From a bacterium (lineage in GTDB: Bacteria > Patescibacteriota > Saccharimonadia > Saccharimonadales > SZUA-47), in NCBI GenBank assembly GCA_030428125.1, contig JAUIBF010000001.1, positions 490,383-554,382 of the forward strand: 64,000 bases of DNA, read 5' to 3'. Made by a program: the position numbers and the translations under genes. A model generated the notes under the pieces. That model searched no databases. It was given only the letters and a program-made list of their open reading frames with translations, and was not told the origin of the DNA. Positions within the stretch are counted from its first letter, which is position 1; each line of letters begins with the position of its first letter. Shown one piece after another: positions 20,117 to 29,904 of the stretch.

Positions 20117-20650
20117 ATGAAAACCCCTGTTTTTGACTCCGGCTATCTAGGTCCAGACACTGTGACAGAATTATTACATATATGCGACCTAACTGTTCGT
20201 AGGGCTTTGTACACTGACCTAAGAATCGATGGGCTAAAAGATCAAATCGGCGCTAGTGTACTTCCCTATCTTGTCTCTGGTGGAGCAACAACACTGCAAG
20301 TTGAAATAGATGGCGTGGGCTATCCAAGATATGCTGCAGCCGTTAACTCCATAGCTAGACAAGTCACAAAAGAAAAATACTATCGTCGAATGGGTATAAA
20401 CTACTACCTCGGACCAGATGACAGAGAGGCTTTTCAGGCGATTCATTTTGATAGCAGCTATGCTGAAGTTTTGACCTTGGAAGGAATCGGTGGGGTCGCA
20501 CTGTTTGATCGAGAGACCGATGTCCGGAATGCTACCCCAGCAGATGCAATTGCAACTTTAGATTGTGAACCAGGCGACCGTTTTACAGCAGGATCTTTGC
20601 CTCATGCCGGATTCGGAATCGGAAATCGCACCAGCATATACTTTTATTAG
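20117..20650 (+). CDS. hypothetical protein
   Basis: ORF 20063-20650; internal ATG at 20117 (MKTPVFDSGY) preferred; no motif recognised. Confidence 0.4.
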   Translation: MKTPVFDSGYLGPDTVTELLHICDLTVRRALYTDLRIDGLKDQIGASVLPYLVSGGATTLQVEIDGVGYPRYAAAVNSIARQVTKEKYYRRMGINYYLGPDDREAFQAIHFDSSYAEVLTLEGIGGVALFDRETDVRNATPADAIATLDCEPGDRFTAGSLPHAGFGIGNRTSIYFY

Positions 20651-20667
20651 ACTGTATACTTTAAGTT

Positions 20668-21192
20668 ATGAAAGATATCGTTCTAGGTGGAGGTTGTTTC
20701 TGGTGTACAGAGGCTGTATTCCAGCGAGTTAAAGGTGTTTCTGAAGTTGTTTCTGGTTTTGCAGGTGGCGGAGCAGGTGGCAACCCTGACTATTGGAGCA
20801 TTCACGGTAATGACAGCTCTCACGCAGAAGTAGTTCAAGTAACTTATGATGAACAGGTCATTACATTAACCGAACTTCTTGATATATTCTTCGGAACGCA
20901 CGACCCAACAACCACAAATCAGCCAGGTACTGCAGATATGGGCTCAGAATACCGTTCAATTATTCTTTGTGGTGAGGACGAATTAGAGACTGCAAACAAA
21001 GCCAAAGACGAAGCTCAAAAAAACTGGGACAAACCGATTATTACAGAAATCAAAGTCTTAGATAAATTCACTCCTGCGGAGGAACACCATCAGAACTACT
21101 ACAACAATAATCAGCAGGCTGGCTACTGCCAGGTCATCATCAACCCCAAGCTCGAAAAGTTCCAAAAGAAATTCACGGACTACCTTAAGTAG
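20668..21192 (+). CDS. msrA: peptide-methionine (S)-S-oxide reductase
   Basis: GGGCFWCTEAVF active-site motif, HDPTT, YR... typical MsrA. Confidence 0.9.
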   Translation: MKDIVLGGGCFWCTEAVFQRVKGVSEVVSGFAGGGAGGNPDYWSIHGNDSSHAEVVQVTYDEQVITLTELLDIFFGTHDPTTTNQPGTADMGSEYRSIILCGEDELETANKAKDEAQKNWDKPIITEIKVLDKFTPAEEHHQNYYNNNQQAGYCQVIINPKLEKFQKKFTDYLK

Positions 21193-21252
21193 CTTAAGCT
21201 TGCAATTTAACAACCCCCTTGTCATATTTAGTTAGATTAACGGAGTAGCAGC

Positions 21253-22068
21253 ATGGCAATCATAAACCCTGGACTAGAAAGAGCACTTAGAAGAGATGCT
21301 TTAGACGTACTAATCGAAAGAAATCACAAACAAAGAGTAGACGATGCCGCGGGTGTTCTTGCCGGTGCGCTACATGTAGCAACACTCGAGCAAGTCGAAG
21401 AAGTTCTTAGACACACAGAAGATACGACAGGTAGAGCGACAGCACGTGTTCATATTGCCGGATTACTAAGTTTAAACGGTGTCATAGCACCACTTGCAGG
21501 CAACCGAGGCTCAACTGGAGGGTTTTTTTTGGGCTCTTCAGGTGACGCAGCTGTATTTCCAGTTAAACTAGCAGACAGCCAGGTTGTTGATATGGTGGGT
21601 ATAGGAAAAGTCGAATACACCGATATCAGAGCTTCTGTGACCAGGATAAACCACAAACTTGACACTAAGCAAGCGATGGATAAGGATTGGAACCCAAATG
21701 GAGTAACTCCATATGACATCTTAGAAGCAGGACTGGTAGTTACTGCGTCAACGGATGAAAAACCAAACAGGTACATTAGCGCACAGCATACATGGTTGGG
21801 AATAGACCAAATGCCTCCTAAGTGGGAAGCAGCCAGACAAAATTACGTTAGACCTAAGTCTCTAATGGGCACGCTACGTTTGATGTACGGTGCGCTTGGG
21901 GATCCAGAATTAAACCCAGAAGCCCATACTGCAGACTACCTAAAAGCTTACAATCCAGACTTCATGGATCCAGTAAGTAATTATGCAGCGGATCCAGAAT
22001 CTGTCGTATTGGCTAATGTAGACGTTCGCGAATTTATGCCAGCATGGCTAACTAGTTACGCCGAATAG
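21253..22068 (+). CDS. hypothetical protein
   Basis: 271-aa ORF between msrA and the helicase, same strand; soluble, acidic; no motif recognised. Confidence 0.4.
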   Translation: MAIINPGLERALRRDALDVLIERNHKQRVDDAAGVLAGALHVATLEQVEEVLRHTEDTTGRATARVHIAGLLSLNGVIAPLAGNRGSTGGFFLGSSGDAAVFPVKLADSQVVDMVGIGKVEYTDIRASVTRINHKLDTKQAMDKDWNPNGVTPYDILEAGLVVTASTDEKPNRYISAQHTWLGIDQMPPKWEAARQNYVRPKSLMGTLRLMYGALGDPELNPEAHTADYLKAYNPDFMDPVSNYAADPESVVLANVDVREFMPAWLTSYAE

Positions 22069-22105
22069 GCTATAAACATCATTCATTCACGTATACTGTC
22101 AGTAA

Positions 22106-24916
22106 GTGAGTGAGATTAAGCTAAATCAAAGTCAGCAAAAAGCAGTCGACCATATAAACGGCCCATTGCTAGTTGTGGCTGGTGCAGGAACCGGCAAAAC
22201 CAGTGTTATAACAGAGAAAATCAACGCACTTCTTGACCAAGAAATAAGCCCGTCATCTATTCTGGCTGTTACTTTTACAGAAAAGGCGTCGGCTGAGATG
22301 CAGGAGAGGATTCTGGAGCGCAGGTCTGGGCTGATGCTTGATTTGCCGATTATGACATACAACGGCTACGGCGACAGCATTTTGAAAGAATTTGGTGTTC
22401 ACATAGGGCTACCTAGAACCTATAAAGTCCTGACCCCACAAGCAGCCATCGTTTTCTTGCGTGAGCGAATCGAGAGCTTCAATCTAGATTATTTCCTGCC
22501 GCTAACTACAGTTCCAGATGCAATTATCGAAGATATTCTGAAGTATTTCTCTAAACTCAAACAAAACGTAGTCACCCCAGAAAAATACTTGGATTTTGTC
22601 AAGAAAATGCCAGAAGGTGACGTGCCAGAAAATACAGAAAAGCTAATGCACAAGCAATTAGCTGACGCTTACCGAACCTACATATCCTTATGCAGGAAAG
22701 AAAACGTCATAGACTATGATGATCAGATTTACTTGTCTATTCAATTGCTTCAAAAGCGACCAAACGTCCGACAAATCCTTCAGGAACGCTATCACACCGT
22801 GTTGGTTGATGAGTTCCAGGACACCAACCCCATGCAATCTATGTTGATAGATTTAATTGTGCCGGAGTCTCAGAATTTAGTCGTTGTAGGTGATGACGAC
22901 CAAGCAATCTACGGGTTCCGTGGTGCGACGATCAGTAACATTTTAAGTTTCAAAGAACGCTATCCGGACGCATCAGAAGTTGTTTTGAGCGAAAACTACC
23001 GCAGTCACCAATCAATTCTTGATGCTGCTTATAAGCTGATTCAGAACAATAACCCTAACCGTTTAGAGGCAAGCCTAGGGTTAAATAAGCGCCTAACCAG
23101 CGATCAACCAGGTTCCGACCCAGTGCTCAGACATTTTGCAGACCCTACCCAGGAGCTAGACTGGCTGGCCGAGAATATCAAATCCAAACTCGAAGCACAC
23201 CCCGATGAACAGAGTGTCAGCATAGCCGTACTTACGCGTAGCAACAACAGCGCAGAAGCCGTTCATCGAGCTCTAGATGCATACGACATCAAACACCGAG
23301 TTGTCGGCTTGAGTCCAGATCTCTACAGCCAGCCAGTTGTTCGAATGTTGATTGAGCTACTGCGGACTATTATCGAGCCAGACAACAACGCCAGTTTGCA
23401 TCACACACTTATTAGTGACTTGTTCGGCATCAGCAACTCCTTTGTATCACCATATGTTAAAAAAGCTCGCTACGAACACGACTCACTAGAAAATTTGCTA
23501 GAGGATACAGATGAAACTAAAGACGCCATTCAGCTCATTAGAAAGTATCGCGAACCAGCTGCCAGCGAATCGGTAGGACGTTTGCTGTGGCAATTACTAT
23601 CAGAGCTTGAATATTTAGACAAGTTACTAGAGCAGGCACAAACCAACAACAATTCAGCCCATGCTCTAGGTCACATCACGCAATTTTTCGACACCCTGAA
23701 GGAGTTTGAAAACATTGCAACTCAACCAACAGCTGTGCAGTACCAGCTGGCATTGCCTGCACTAATGGCAGCAGGGGAGTCTACAGATGACACCCTTCAG
23801 CTAACAGAGCAAGAAGTGATTGTAACCACCGTACACAAAGCCAAAGGTCTAGAGTGGGACACAGTATATTTACCAGGTCTAACAGAGCAAAAATTCCCAA
23901 TGTGGCGGCAGGGTGGTGGTATAGATTTGCCTGAGCAGCTACGCGATAACGACGTAAATGATACAGATGAACACTATTCTGAGGAGAGAAGGGTAATGTA
24001 TGTTGCACTAACACGTGCTCGCCAGAACCTGACGTTAAGCTTCTCTGACGGTCCTCGCAAACCTTCACGTTTTATTGACGAGATGTTCGGCGAAGGTGCA
24101 GCAGAGAGTACTGATTACACGGAGGCTACTGAAAGAAGAGTTCGCTTAGAGATTAGCGCAGACGATGTACCCAAAGTCCCGATTCCTGACTCTATTTACG
24201 ACGGCAAGCGCGTCAAACTGGACGTTACTAAGGCTCAGACTCTTCTCAACTGTCCACTAAATTTCTATTACAAATATATCCTAGAAACTCCTCGTGAACC
24301 TCGTCCATCTGCTGATTACGGAACGCGAATGCACGCATTTATTCAGGAAATCAACGAAGCACGTCATAAAAACTCCGAGTTACGTCCACTCCCAGAGATG
24401 TTGAAGGATTTAGAAAAAGGCTGGCACAAATCCGGCTACGCTAGCAAGACGCAACAAGAACGGGCGTTAAAGCAAGCCAAGCAAACTCTAACAACTTACT
24501 ACCAGCACGCTAAAGGTGCTGATGGTCCGATAGCTATTGAAGATCCATTTGCCGTAGAAATAGCCGAGGACATAATTCTAGATGGTCGAATTGACGCTGT
24601 CTATGCTGACGGTGACGACGTAGAAATCCGTGATTATAAGACAGGATATGCCGCTCGTGATGAAGAAGGGGCTAAGAAATTAGCCGGTAGCAGCAAACAG
24701 CTGGAGCTTTATGCACTGGCTTGGCTGACCAAAACCGGTAAATTGCCGTCCAAACTTAGCCTGCATTATGTTGATTCAGACGTGATTGGTTATGCCAACA
24801 AACGAGAATCTACTATTGAAAACCGCCGTACACAACTTATTAAAGCTGCTAATGATCTAAAGGATGGGCATTTTCCGCTAGGTAGTAGTCATACTTATTG
24901 CGTGCATCCCGAATAG
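22106..24916 (+). CDS. UvrD/PcrA-family helicase fused to C-terminal PD-(D/E)XK (AddB/Cas4-like) nuclease
   Basis: Walker A AGAGTGKTS, motif II VDEFQDT, GDDDQAIYGFRGA, VHKAKGLEW, ALTRAR; C-terminus DGRIDAVY...EIRDYKTG plus terminal Cys; GTG start. Confidence 0.85.
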   Translation: MSEIKLNQSQQKAVDHINGPLLVVAGAGTGKTSVITEKINALLDQEISPSSILAVTFTEKASAEMQERILERRSGLMLDLPIMTYNGYGDSILKEFGVHIGLPRTYKVLTPQAAIVFLRERIESFNLDYFLPLTTVPDAIIEDILKYFSKLKQNVVTPEKYLDFVKKMPEGDVPENTEKLMHKQLADAYRTYISLCRKENVIDYDDQIYLSIQLLQKRPNVRQILQERYHTVLVDEFQDTNPMQSMLIDLIVPESQNLVVVGDDDQAIYGFRGATISNILSFKERYPDASEVVLSENYRSHQSILDAAYKLIQNNNPNRLEASLGLNKRLTSDQPGSDPVLRHFADPTQELDWLAENIKSKLEAHPDEQSVSIAVLTRSNNSAEAVHRALDAYDIKHRVVGLSPDLYSQPVVRMLIELLRTIIEPDNNASLHHTLISDLFGISNSFVSPYVKKARYEHDSLENLLEDTDETKDAIQLIRKYREPAASESVGRLLWQLLSELEYLDKLLEQAQTNNNSAHALGHITQFFDTLKEFENIATQPTAVQYQLALPALMAAGESTDDTLQLTEQEVIVTTVHKAKGLEWDTVYLPGLTEQKFPMWRQGGGIDLPEQLRDNDVNDTDEHYSEERRVMYVALTRARQNLTLSFSDGPRKPSRFIDEMFGEGAAESTDYTEATERRVRLEISADDVPKVPIPDSIYDGKRVKLDVTKAQTLLNCPLNFYYKYILETPREPRPSADYGTRMHAFIQEINEARHKNSELRPLPEMLKDLEKGWHKSGYASKTQQERALKQAKQTLTTYYQHAKGADGPIAIEDPFAVEIAEDIILDGRIDAVYADGDDVEIRDYKTGYAARDEEGAKKLAGSSKQLELYALAWLTKTGKLPSKLSLHYVDSDVIGYANKRESTIENRRTQLIKAANDLKDGHFPLGSSHTYCVHPE

Positions 24917-24964
24917 TCTTGCACTATTGACTTTTGTGCCATTTTCATGTTATAATATAGTATT

Positions 24965-25396
24965 ATGGCTAATAATGCATCTGTAGAGTTCAGGACTGGA
25001 GTTGCTGATCTTGATATGCATCTAAATGACGTTAGACCCTTTAGTCTATTCTTTAATTACGTCGTTGGGAGTTATCTAGAACGTCAAGCAAGCGAGCAAG
25101 AACAGGTAGCTGTCATGCCTACTCACATTACTGTAGCTCCATTTAATGATTTCGAACACGACCTGGCATATGACATCACTTCAGCCGTTGATTTAGAGCA
25201 CGGTCGAATGATTAGTGATGAATTCAAGCTTAAGCAAAAGTGGTTAGGTAGAGATCCGTACCAAACTCTTGGAATTGTTGATGCTGAAGACAGAGTTATT
25301 ATGGACAACGTAGGTAGAGCATACCTGGGTTCTTTGATTTTGTTGAAAGGGATGTATGAGGCTGCTCATAACCCCGATTTTCGTGGTACGAGCTAA
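24965..25396 (+). CDS. hypothetical protein
   Basis: 143-aa ORF downstream of the helicase; no motif recognised. Confidence 0.4.
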   Translation: MANNASVEFRTGVADLDMHLNDVRPFSLFFNYVVGSYLERQASEQEQVAVMPTHITVAPFNDFEHDLAYDITSAVDLEHGRMISDEFKLKQKWLGRDPYQTLGIVDAEDRVIMDNVGRAYLGSLILLKGMYEAAHNPDFRGTS

Positions 25397-25823
25397 TTCA
25401 ACAATTTAGTAATATTCTACTTTCTTAGACGTAATAGAGTAGCAAGAAACGACTCCCCGGCACCACGTTAGAAAAACAGGCTCTGCATCTGAATTAATTC
25501 ATATATACTTTTTTGGGGAGCTCGCTTTTAGCTCAAACAGTCCTCGGAAAGTCCAACAAAATAACCCACCCGCAACCAGGTTTTAGCCGGATGGGTATTA
25601 AGCAAATAATCATCACCATTGATTTTATCGATGATGACAATTTGTTCATCAACTTCATCTTAGGGTACTAATATCCAAGAGAATATACCCCCCCTTAATC
25701 GAATTAGGCCCAGGTTGCACTTAGTTATTAAAATTATACTTATCCACAAAAAATAAGATGTAACTAATTTTTGCGACAGTATTTGTTTGACAGTAAAGAG
25801 TTAATTATTTAAATTGTTAACGC

Positions 25824-26870
25824 ATGAGGGTTAAGCATAAATACAACGTAATTGACTTATTTTCTGGCATTGGAGGCTTCAGCAAGGGTTTTGAGAATGA
25901 AGGATTTGACATAAAACTTGGAATTGATAATTGGCCAATTGCTTTAAAAACATTCAAGACGAACCATAAAAATACCGAGATATTACTTGAAGATTTAACA
26001 AAAATAAAGAAAAATTATTATGAGGACCTACCATATAAGGTCGACATTATTATTGCAGGCCCTCCTTGCCAGGGATTTTCCATGGCAGGGAAGAGACAAG
26101 AAGACGATATACGTAATAGGCTTTTTAATGAGGTCGTTAGGGCTGCAAAATACACTAAAGCTCCTATTGTGATAATCGAGAACGTAGTTGGGCTAGTTTC
26201 AATGAAAGACATTGATGGAAATTCTGTCAAAGATAGAATAATTCATTCTTTGAAGGAAGTAGGTTACGACGTAGATTATAAAATTTTAACTGCTTCAGAT
26301 TATGGGGTGCCACAAAATAGAAGAAGAGTTGTGTTTGTGGCACATAAAAACAATAAGGCGTTTAGCTTTCCAAAAGAATCGGTAAAGAAAGTAACAGTTG
26401 GCGAAGCACTCGGTAACTTACCTGATGTAGAAAGTAAAAAATACACTAAACCTGAAAATAATTTCCAGCAATACTTAGAATCATCATCAAAAAAGATATA
26501 TAACCATACAAAAATGAACCACAGCAAAGCTGTTTCTGACCGTATTGCACTAGTTCCTGAGGGCGGGAATTGGCGAGATATACCGCCGGAGCATTATCGG
26601 GTAGGAGGAACTCATAGTAATAACTACCGTAGGCTCGATAGGTCAAAACCTTCAATAACAATTAAACATGCTACTAAGTCAATGATAATTCACCCAGTTT
26701 ACGACAGGGTAATAACTGCCAGGGAAGCAGCTAGGCTTCAATCTTTTCAGGATGACTTCTTCATTGAGGGTAGTAGCTTCGAACAGCATCAACAGCTTGC
26801 GAACGCCGTTCCGCCACTTCTTGGGGCGGCTATCGCAAAAGCTGTGAGGGAGTACATCGATAATGAGTAG
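25824..26870 (+). CDS. DNA (cytosine-5)-methyltransferase 1
   Basis: Motif I DLFSGIGGF, IV GPPCQGFS, VI ENV, VIII QNRRR, IX REAARLQSF, X NAVPPLL. Confidence 0.92.
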   Translation: MRVKHKYNVIDLFSGIGGFSKGFENEGFDIKLGIDNWPIALKTFKTNHKNTEILLEDLTKIKKNYYEDLPYKVDIIIAGPPCQGFSMAGKRQEDDIRNRLFNEVVRAAKYTKAPIVIIENVVGLVSMKDIDGNSVKDRIIHSLKEVGYDVDYKILTASDYGVPQNRRRVVFVAHKNNKAFSFPKESVKKVTVGEALGNLPDVESKKYTKPENNFQQYLESSSKKIYNHTKMNHSKAVSDRIALVPEGGNWRDIPPEHYRVGGTHSNNYRRLDRSKPSITIKHATKSMIIHPVYDRVITAREAARLQSFQDDFFIEGSSFEQHQQLANAVPPLLGAAIAKAVREYIDNE

Positions 26871-27846
26871 TAACGTTAAATTCATTGATCTATTTTGTGG
26901 GTTAGGTGGTTTCAGGATAGCCTTAGAAAATCTTGGGGGGACTTGTGTTTATAGCAGCGATAATGATAAGTATGTTCAAGACATATATAACCTAAATTTT
27001 GGAGAAATACCCGACGGAGATATAACTAAAGTCTCACCGAAAGAAGTTCCAGATCACGATATACTCTGCGCCGGTTTTCCATGTCAACCATTTTCTATAG
27101 GAGGATTACGTAAGGGCTTCTTAGACACCAGAGGAACCCTATTTTTCGATATTGAAAGGATTTTAAGGGCTAAAAAACCCAAGTCTTTTATTCTCGAGAA
27201 CGTAAAAGGCTTAACTAATCACGATGAAGGTAGAACTCTGGAAACCATACTGAGGACACTTGCTAAAACCGTTAACGGAAAGCCTTATGATCATGAAGGC
27301 AACTTAGGTTACGACGTATACTATAAAGTTTTAAATACAAAAGATTTCGGAATCCCACAAAACAGGGAAAGAATCTATATCATAGGAATTAAAAATTCAA
27401 AGAAAACTTTCGAGTTCCCTGCGACAAGCAGTAACAGTATGGGTCTGGATATATTGCTGTCTAAAACTACTAATAAGGAAGAGTACCGGGTGTCAACTAA
27501 CGTCTGTTCACAGATTCTGCATCATCTAGACTTAAAAAAAGATAGGTATTCAACCCTAATGGATGAACCATTAATAGCATACGAGGTCAGGCCTTCTAGG
27601 TGCTCATTTCGTCAAGATGGCGCAAGCCCTACTCTCACTGCAAAAATGGGAACCGGGGGTAATAACGTTCCTATTTATGTCCAAGAGATGAGAAAGTTAA
27701 CATTAAGAGAGTGTCTAGATTTGCAAGGATTCCCTGACAACTACGTATTTCCGGACAGGGGGATGCAAAGTTACAAACAGATAGGAAATAGTCTCACCGT
27801 ACCTGTTGTCGAGGCAATTGCGAGTAAGCTAATTCCGGTAATCTAG
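26863..27846 (+). CDS. DNA (cytosine-5)-methyltransferase 2
   Basis: Motif I DLFCGLGGF, IV GFPCQPFS, VI ENVKGL, VIII QNRERIYIIG, IX RECLDLQGF, X GNSLTVPV; 8-nt overlap with MTase 1. Confidence 0.92.
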   Translation: MSSNVKFIDLFCGLGGFRIALENLGGTCVYSSDNDKYVQDIYNLNFGEIPDGDITKVSPKEVPDHDILCAGFPCQPFSIGGLRKGFLDTRGTLFFDIERILRAKKPKSFILENVKGLTNHDEGRTLETILRTLAKTVNGKPYDHEGNLGYDVYYKVLNTKDFGIPQNRERIYIIGIKNSKKTFEFPATSSNSMGLDILLSKTTNKEEYRVSTNVCSQILHHLDLKKDRYSTLMDEPLIAYEVRPSRCSFRQDGASPTLTAKMGTGGNNVPIYVQEMRKLTLRECLDLQGFPDNYVFPDRGMQSYKQIGNSLTVPVVEAIASKLIPVI

Positions 27847-28592
27847 CGCTCCTTGCTAAGCTTATAAACGAGCTGATATTTCCCTTTACTTCGACCTGAC
27901 CCTGTAGTAACTATTAGTTTTTTTGTATTATTTGGTACAATCTCGTTATTAACTAGCAACCATGGAGCGTAATAAGGATCGTCAAACATTCCTATTCCAG
28001 AAAAAAACAGTGCCGAAATACTTTCGTTATTATTGGTTAAGTCTTCAATAATCTTATTGCTTAAAGCTTTTACCTTATTACAATATTCGAGATTTGATAT
28101 TTCTCCCGAAATACCATGATTGACCTCGAAGTAAGTTTTAAATTCTTCTTCTGTAGCACCCCAGCCCTTTATTACGTCAGTGTTCTTAACTAGCCCTTCC
28201 TGATTCTTGCAGTAAATTGAAGCTCCTGCACCTAGTTCTAAGTCTTTATATATCCTTTTAAACGCATCGGGGGAAATTTTTTGAATCGTAGAAGTATAGT
28301 CAGTGTTTAACTTAACGCTAATTCCACTTTCTGGGATCGGAAATACTCCGATTTTTTTAGCCTCGTCTTCATTAATATATTCTTTCAGATCACTTTTAGA
28401 TAAATTACTTGGCAATAACCCAAGATAAATATCTGATTTTGGCCTAACATTTCTCTTATGGACTTTGGAGTACTGAACAGTATTTACATGAACTGCTATG
28501 TAATTTCTATTGCCAAAAACAGACGGCACCAAGATCATGCCTTTATTAATAAGTTCCACTGATTCGACCTCATTTTCGTCCCCACTAATCAA
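27843..28592 (-). CDS. putative restriction endonuclease (second subunit or second enzyme)
   Basis: 249-aa ORF convergent with the MTases; stop codons overlap in CTAG; 8-nt overlap with the upstream nuclease candidate; shares an E/D...ISVK element (PESGISVK) with its neighbour. Assignment rests mainly on context. Confidence 0.45.
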   Translation of the reverse strand: MISGDENEVESVELINKGMILVPSVFGNRNYIAVHVNTVQYSKVHKRNVRPKSDIYLGLLPSNLSKSDLKEYINEDEAKKIGVFPIPESGISVKLNTDYTSTIQKISPDAFKRIYKDLELGAGASIYCKNQEGLVKNTDVIKGWGATEEEFKTYFEVNHGISGEISNLEYCNKVKALSNKIIEDLTNNNESISALFFSGIGMFDDPYYAPWLLVNNEIVPNNTKKLIVTTGSGRSKGKYQLVYKLSKER

Positions 28593-29313
28593 ATTGCATC
28601 TCCATGATATCCCTCTGTAATTTACCCCATTTGAATTGAATTTCTCCTCGTTTTTTTTCGGTACTATTCTTTTTATTTTCTAAATTTCTATTCCACGCTT
28701 GAAAAGTAAGCCCCCCCAAGCCAGGACAGGTAGACTTGCTAGATAAATATTCTATGGCTGTATCCATATCTACAATGTATCCATTAGACTTATCGCCATA
28801 ATATAAATAGTCGGCCTCCACTAAGTCGTCTTTTACTCCAACTTTTAAAACCCTTTTTAATATGTCTTCCTTGTGTAGATCTATGAATCTCTGAAAGTTA
28901 ACAATCTTATCCTTATGAAGCTTCTTAATTTGAGGAACCGACATCCTATCTACGGGATTACCCTTGCCGTCAAGTGTTAAGTCACCCCATATAAAAAATT
29001 TCAGATCATCACATACTGTTTGTGGTGCATTAAATTCAGATTTCAAAAATTCTACAAAATCCTCAATTGGCTCTTGGTGCACACTGTTGCCTGATCCTTT
29101 CTTGATGCTTACACCTAGCTTTTTATTCTTTACAGATATTTCAATATCTGCCTTCGAGCCACTGTTGGGCCTGGTGCATTTAATATTGTCAGCCAATCCA
29201 ATCTCGGGGAATAAGGCAATTACTATTCTTTTCAAATTGCTATTTAAGTTGTCGTAACTACAGTTCAATGCCGAAAGAAGCTGCTTTTCGTTTTCAAACC
29301 CAGTGATTTCCAT
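28585..29313 (-). CDS. putative type II restriction endonuclease (PD-(D/E)XK-like, MspI/HinP1I-like pattern)
   Basis: KADIEISVKNKKLGVSIKKGS resembles the D-x(n)-(N/S)-x-K catalytic arrangement, and the C-terminal ...KKRGEIQFKWG resembles what I recall of the MspI C-terminus. From memory only, not a database result. Confidence 0.5.
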   Translation of the reverse strand: MEITGFENEKQLLSALNCSYDNLNSNLKRIVIALFPEIGLADNIKCTRPNSGSKADIEISVKNKKLGVSIKKGSGNSVHQEPIEDFVEFLKSEFNAPQTVCDDLKFFIWGDLTLDGKGNPVDRMSVPQIKKLHKDKIVNFQRFIDLHKEDILKRVLKVGVKDDLVEADYLYYGDKSNGYIVDMDTAIEYLSSKSTCPGLGGLTFQAWNRNLENKKNSTEKKRGEIQFKWGKLQRDIMEMQFD

Positions 29314-29373
29314 AGAGTAATACTAACACAGTTGAGTGTAAATTATTTATTCGATAATATTTCTTAAGTATTT

Positions 29374-29793
29374 TCAATATTTATTCTGCATTATGTCTAG
29401 TTCATCTTGCAATTGGAATAGGTTTTTTCTTAGGTCTATTTCGCGCCAGGAGGTTAGTTTTCCTGCTACTTCAAGCGCTCTGCGCTCACCCCAGAGGCAG
29501 TCGTCGTCGTACCAGAGGAAGGGAACAGTCATATCAATCGCATCTGTTTTAGCAAGCGACCAAGCCGTCGGCTTAAATTTCTTAAGCCACGGGGTTAAAT
29601 CCTCATCTGAAGCTCGATTCACATACTCAACAGCGTGTTCAGGATCTCCATGCATGCAGTGTGTAGTCAGCCAATAAACTTCAAAATTATCAGCTACATA
29701 CTTGATAAAGTCAGCAGCTCCTTCAGCCAGATTATTTTCGTTGGCTAGCAGAACCCCATCAATATCCAAAAAAATCCTCGGCAACCTCTTCAT
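29374..29793 (-). CDS. small HAD-superfamily hydrolase-like protein
   Basis: Motif I FLDIDGVL at N-terminus and WYDDD near C-terminus; G+C resembles the core genome. Confidence 0.5.
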   Translation of the reverse strand: MKRLPRIFLDIDGVLLANENNLAEGAADFIKYVADNFEVYWLTTHCMHGDPEHAVEYVNRASDEDLTPWLKKFKPTAWSLAKTDAIDMTVPFLWYDDDCLWGERRALEVAGKLTSWREIDLRKNLFQLQDELDIMQNKY

Positions 29794-29856
29794 ACCCTAG
29801 ACTATACCACCCAGCCACAATTCCTTCTCGACTTCTTAACATATCAACCTCCTAAC

Positions 29857-29886
29857 TCCTTACTGTACAAGGACGTTCCTTGTACA
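29857..29886. repeat. left copy of a 30-bp perfect inverted repeat (itself a 9-bp-stem hairpin)
   Basis: TCCTTACTGTACAAGGACGTTCCTTGTACA; its reverse complement is identical to 34067-34096; internal stem TGTACAAGG/CCTTGTACA with 5-nt loop. Confidence 0.95.
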
Positions 29887-29904
29887 TAAGTGAAAGCGCT
29901 AGCT

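Larger units (their letters stand above)
25397..29373. other. AT-rich accessory island carrying a restriction-modification module
   Basis: Spot G+C counts of four 60-nt lines inside give 25-40%, against 45-58% in lines from flanking core genes. Begins with a 427-bp ORF-free stretch. No integrase or transposase. Confidence 0.6.

Noticed and set aside
29857-29886. The repeat hairpins as ordinary rho-independent terminators
   Set aside because: The stems are good (9 bp). However, no U-tract follows in three of the four transcriptional directions, and only GTTTTC follows in the fourth. They may still pause or stabilise RNA, but a classic terminator call is not supported.
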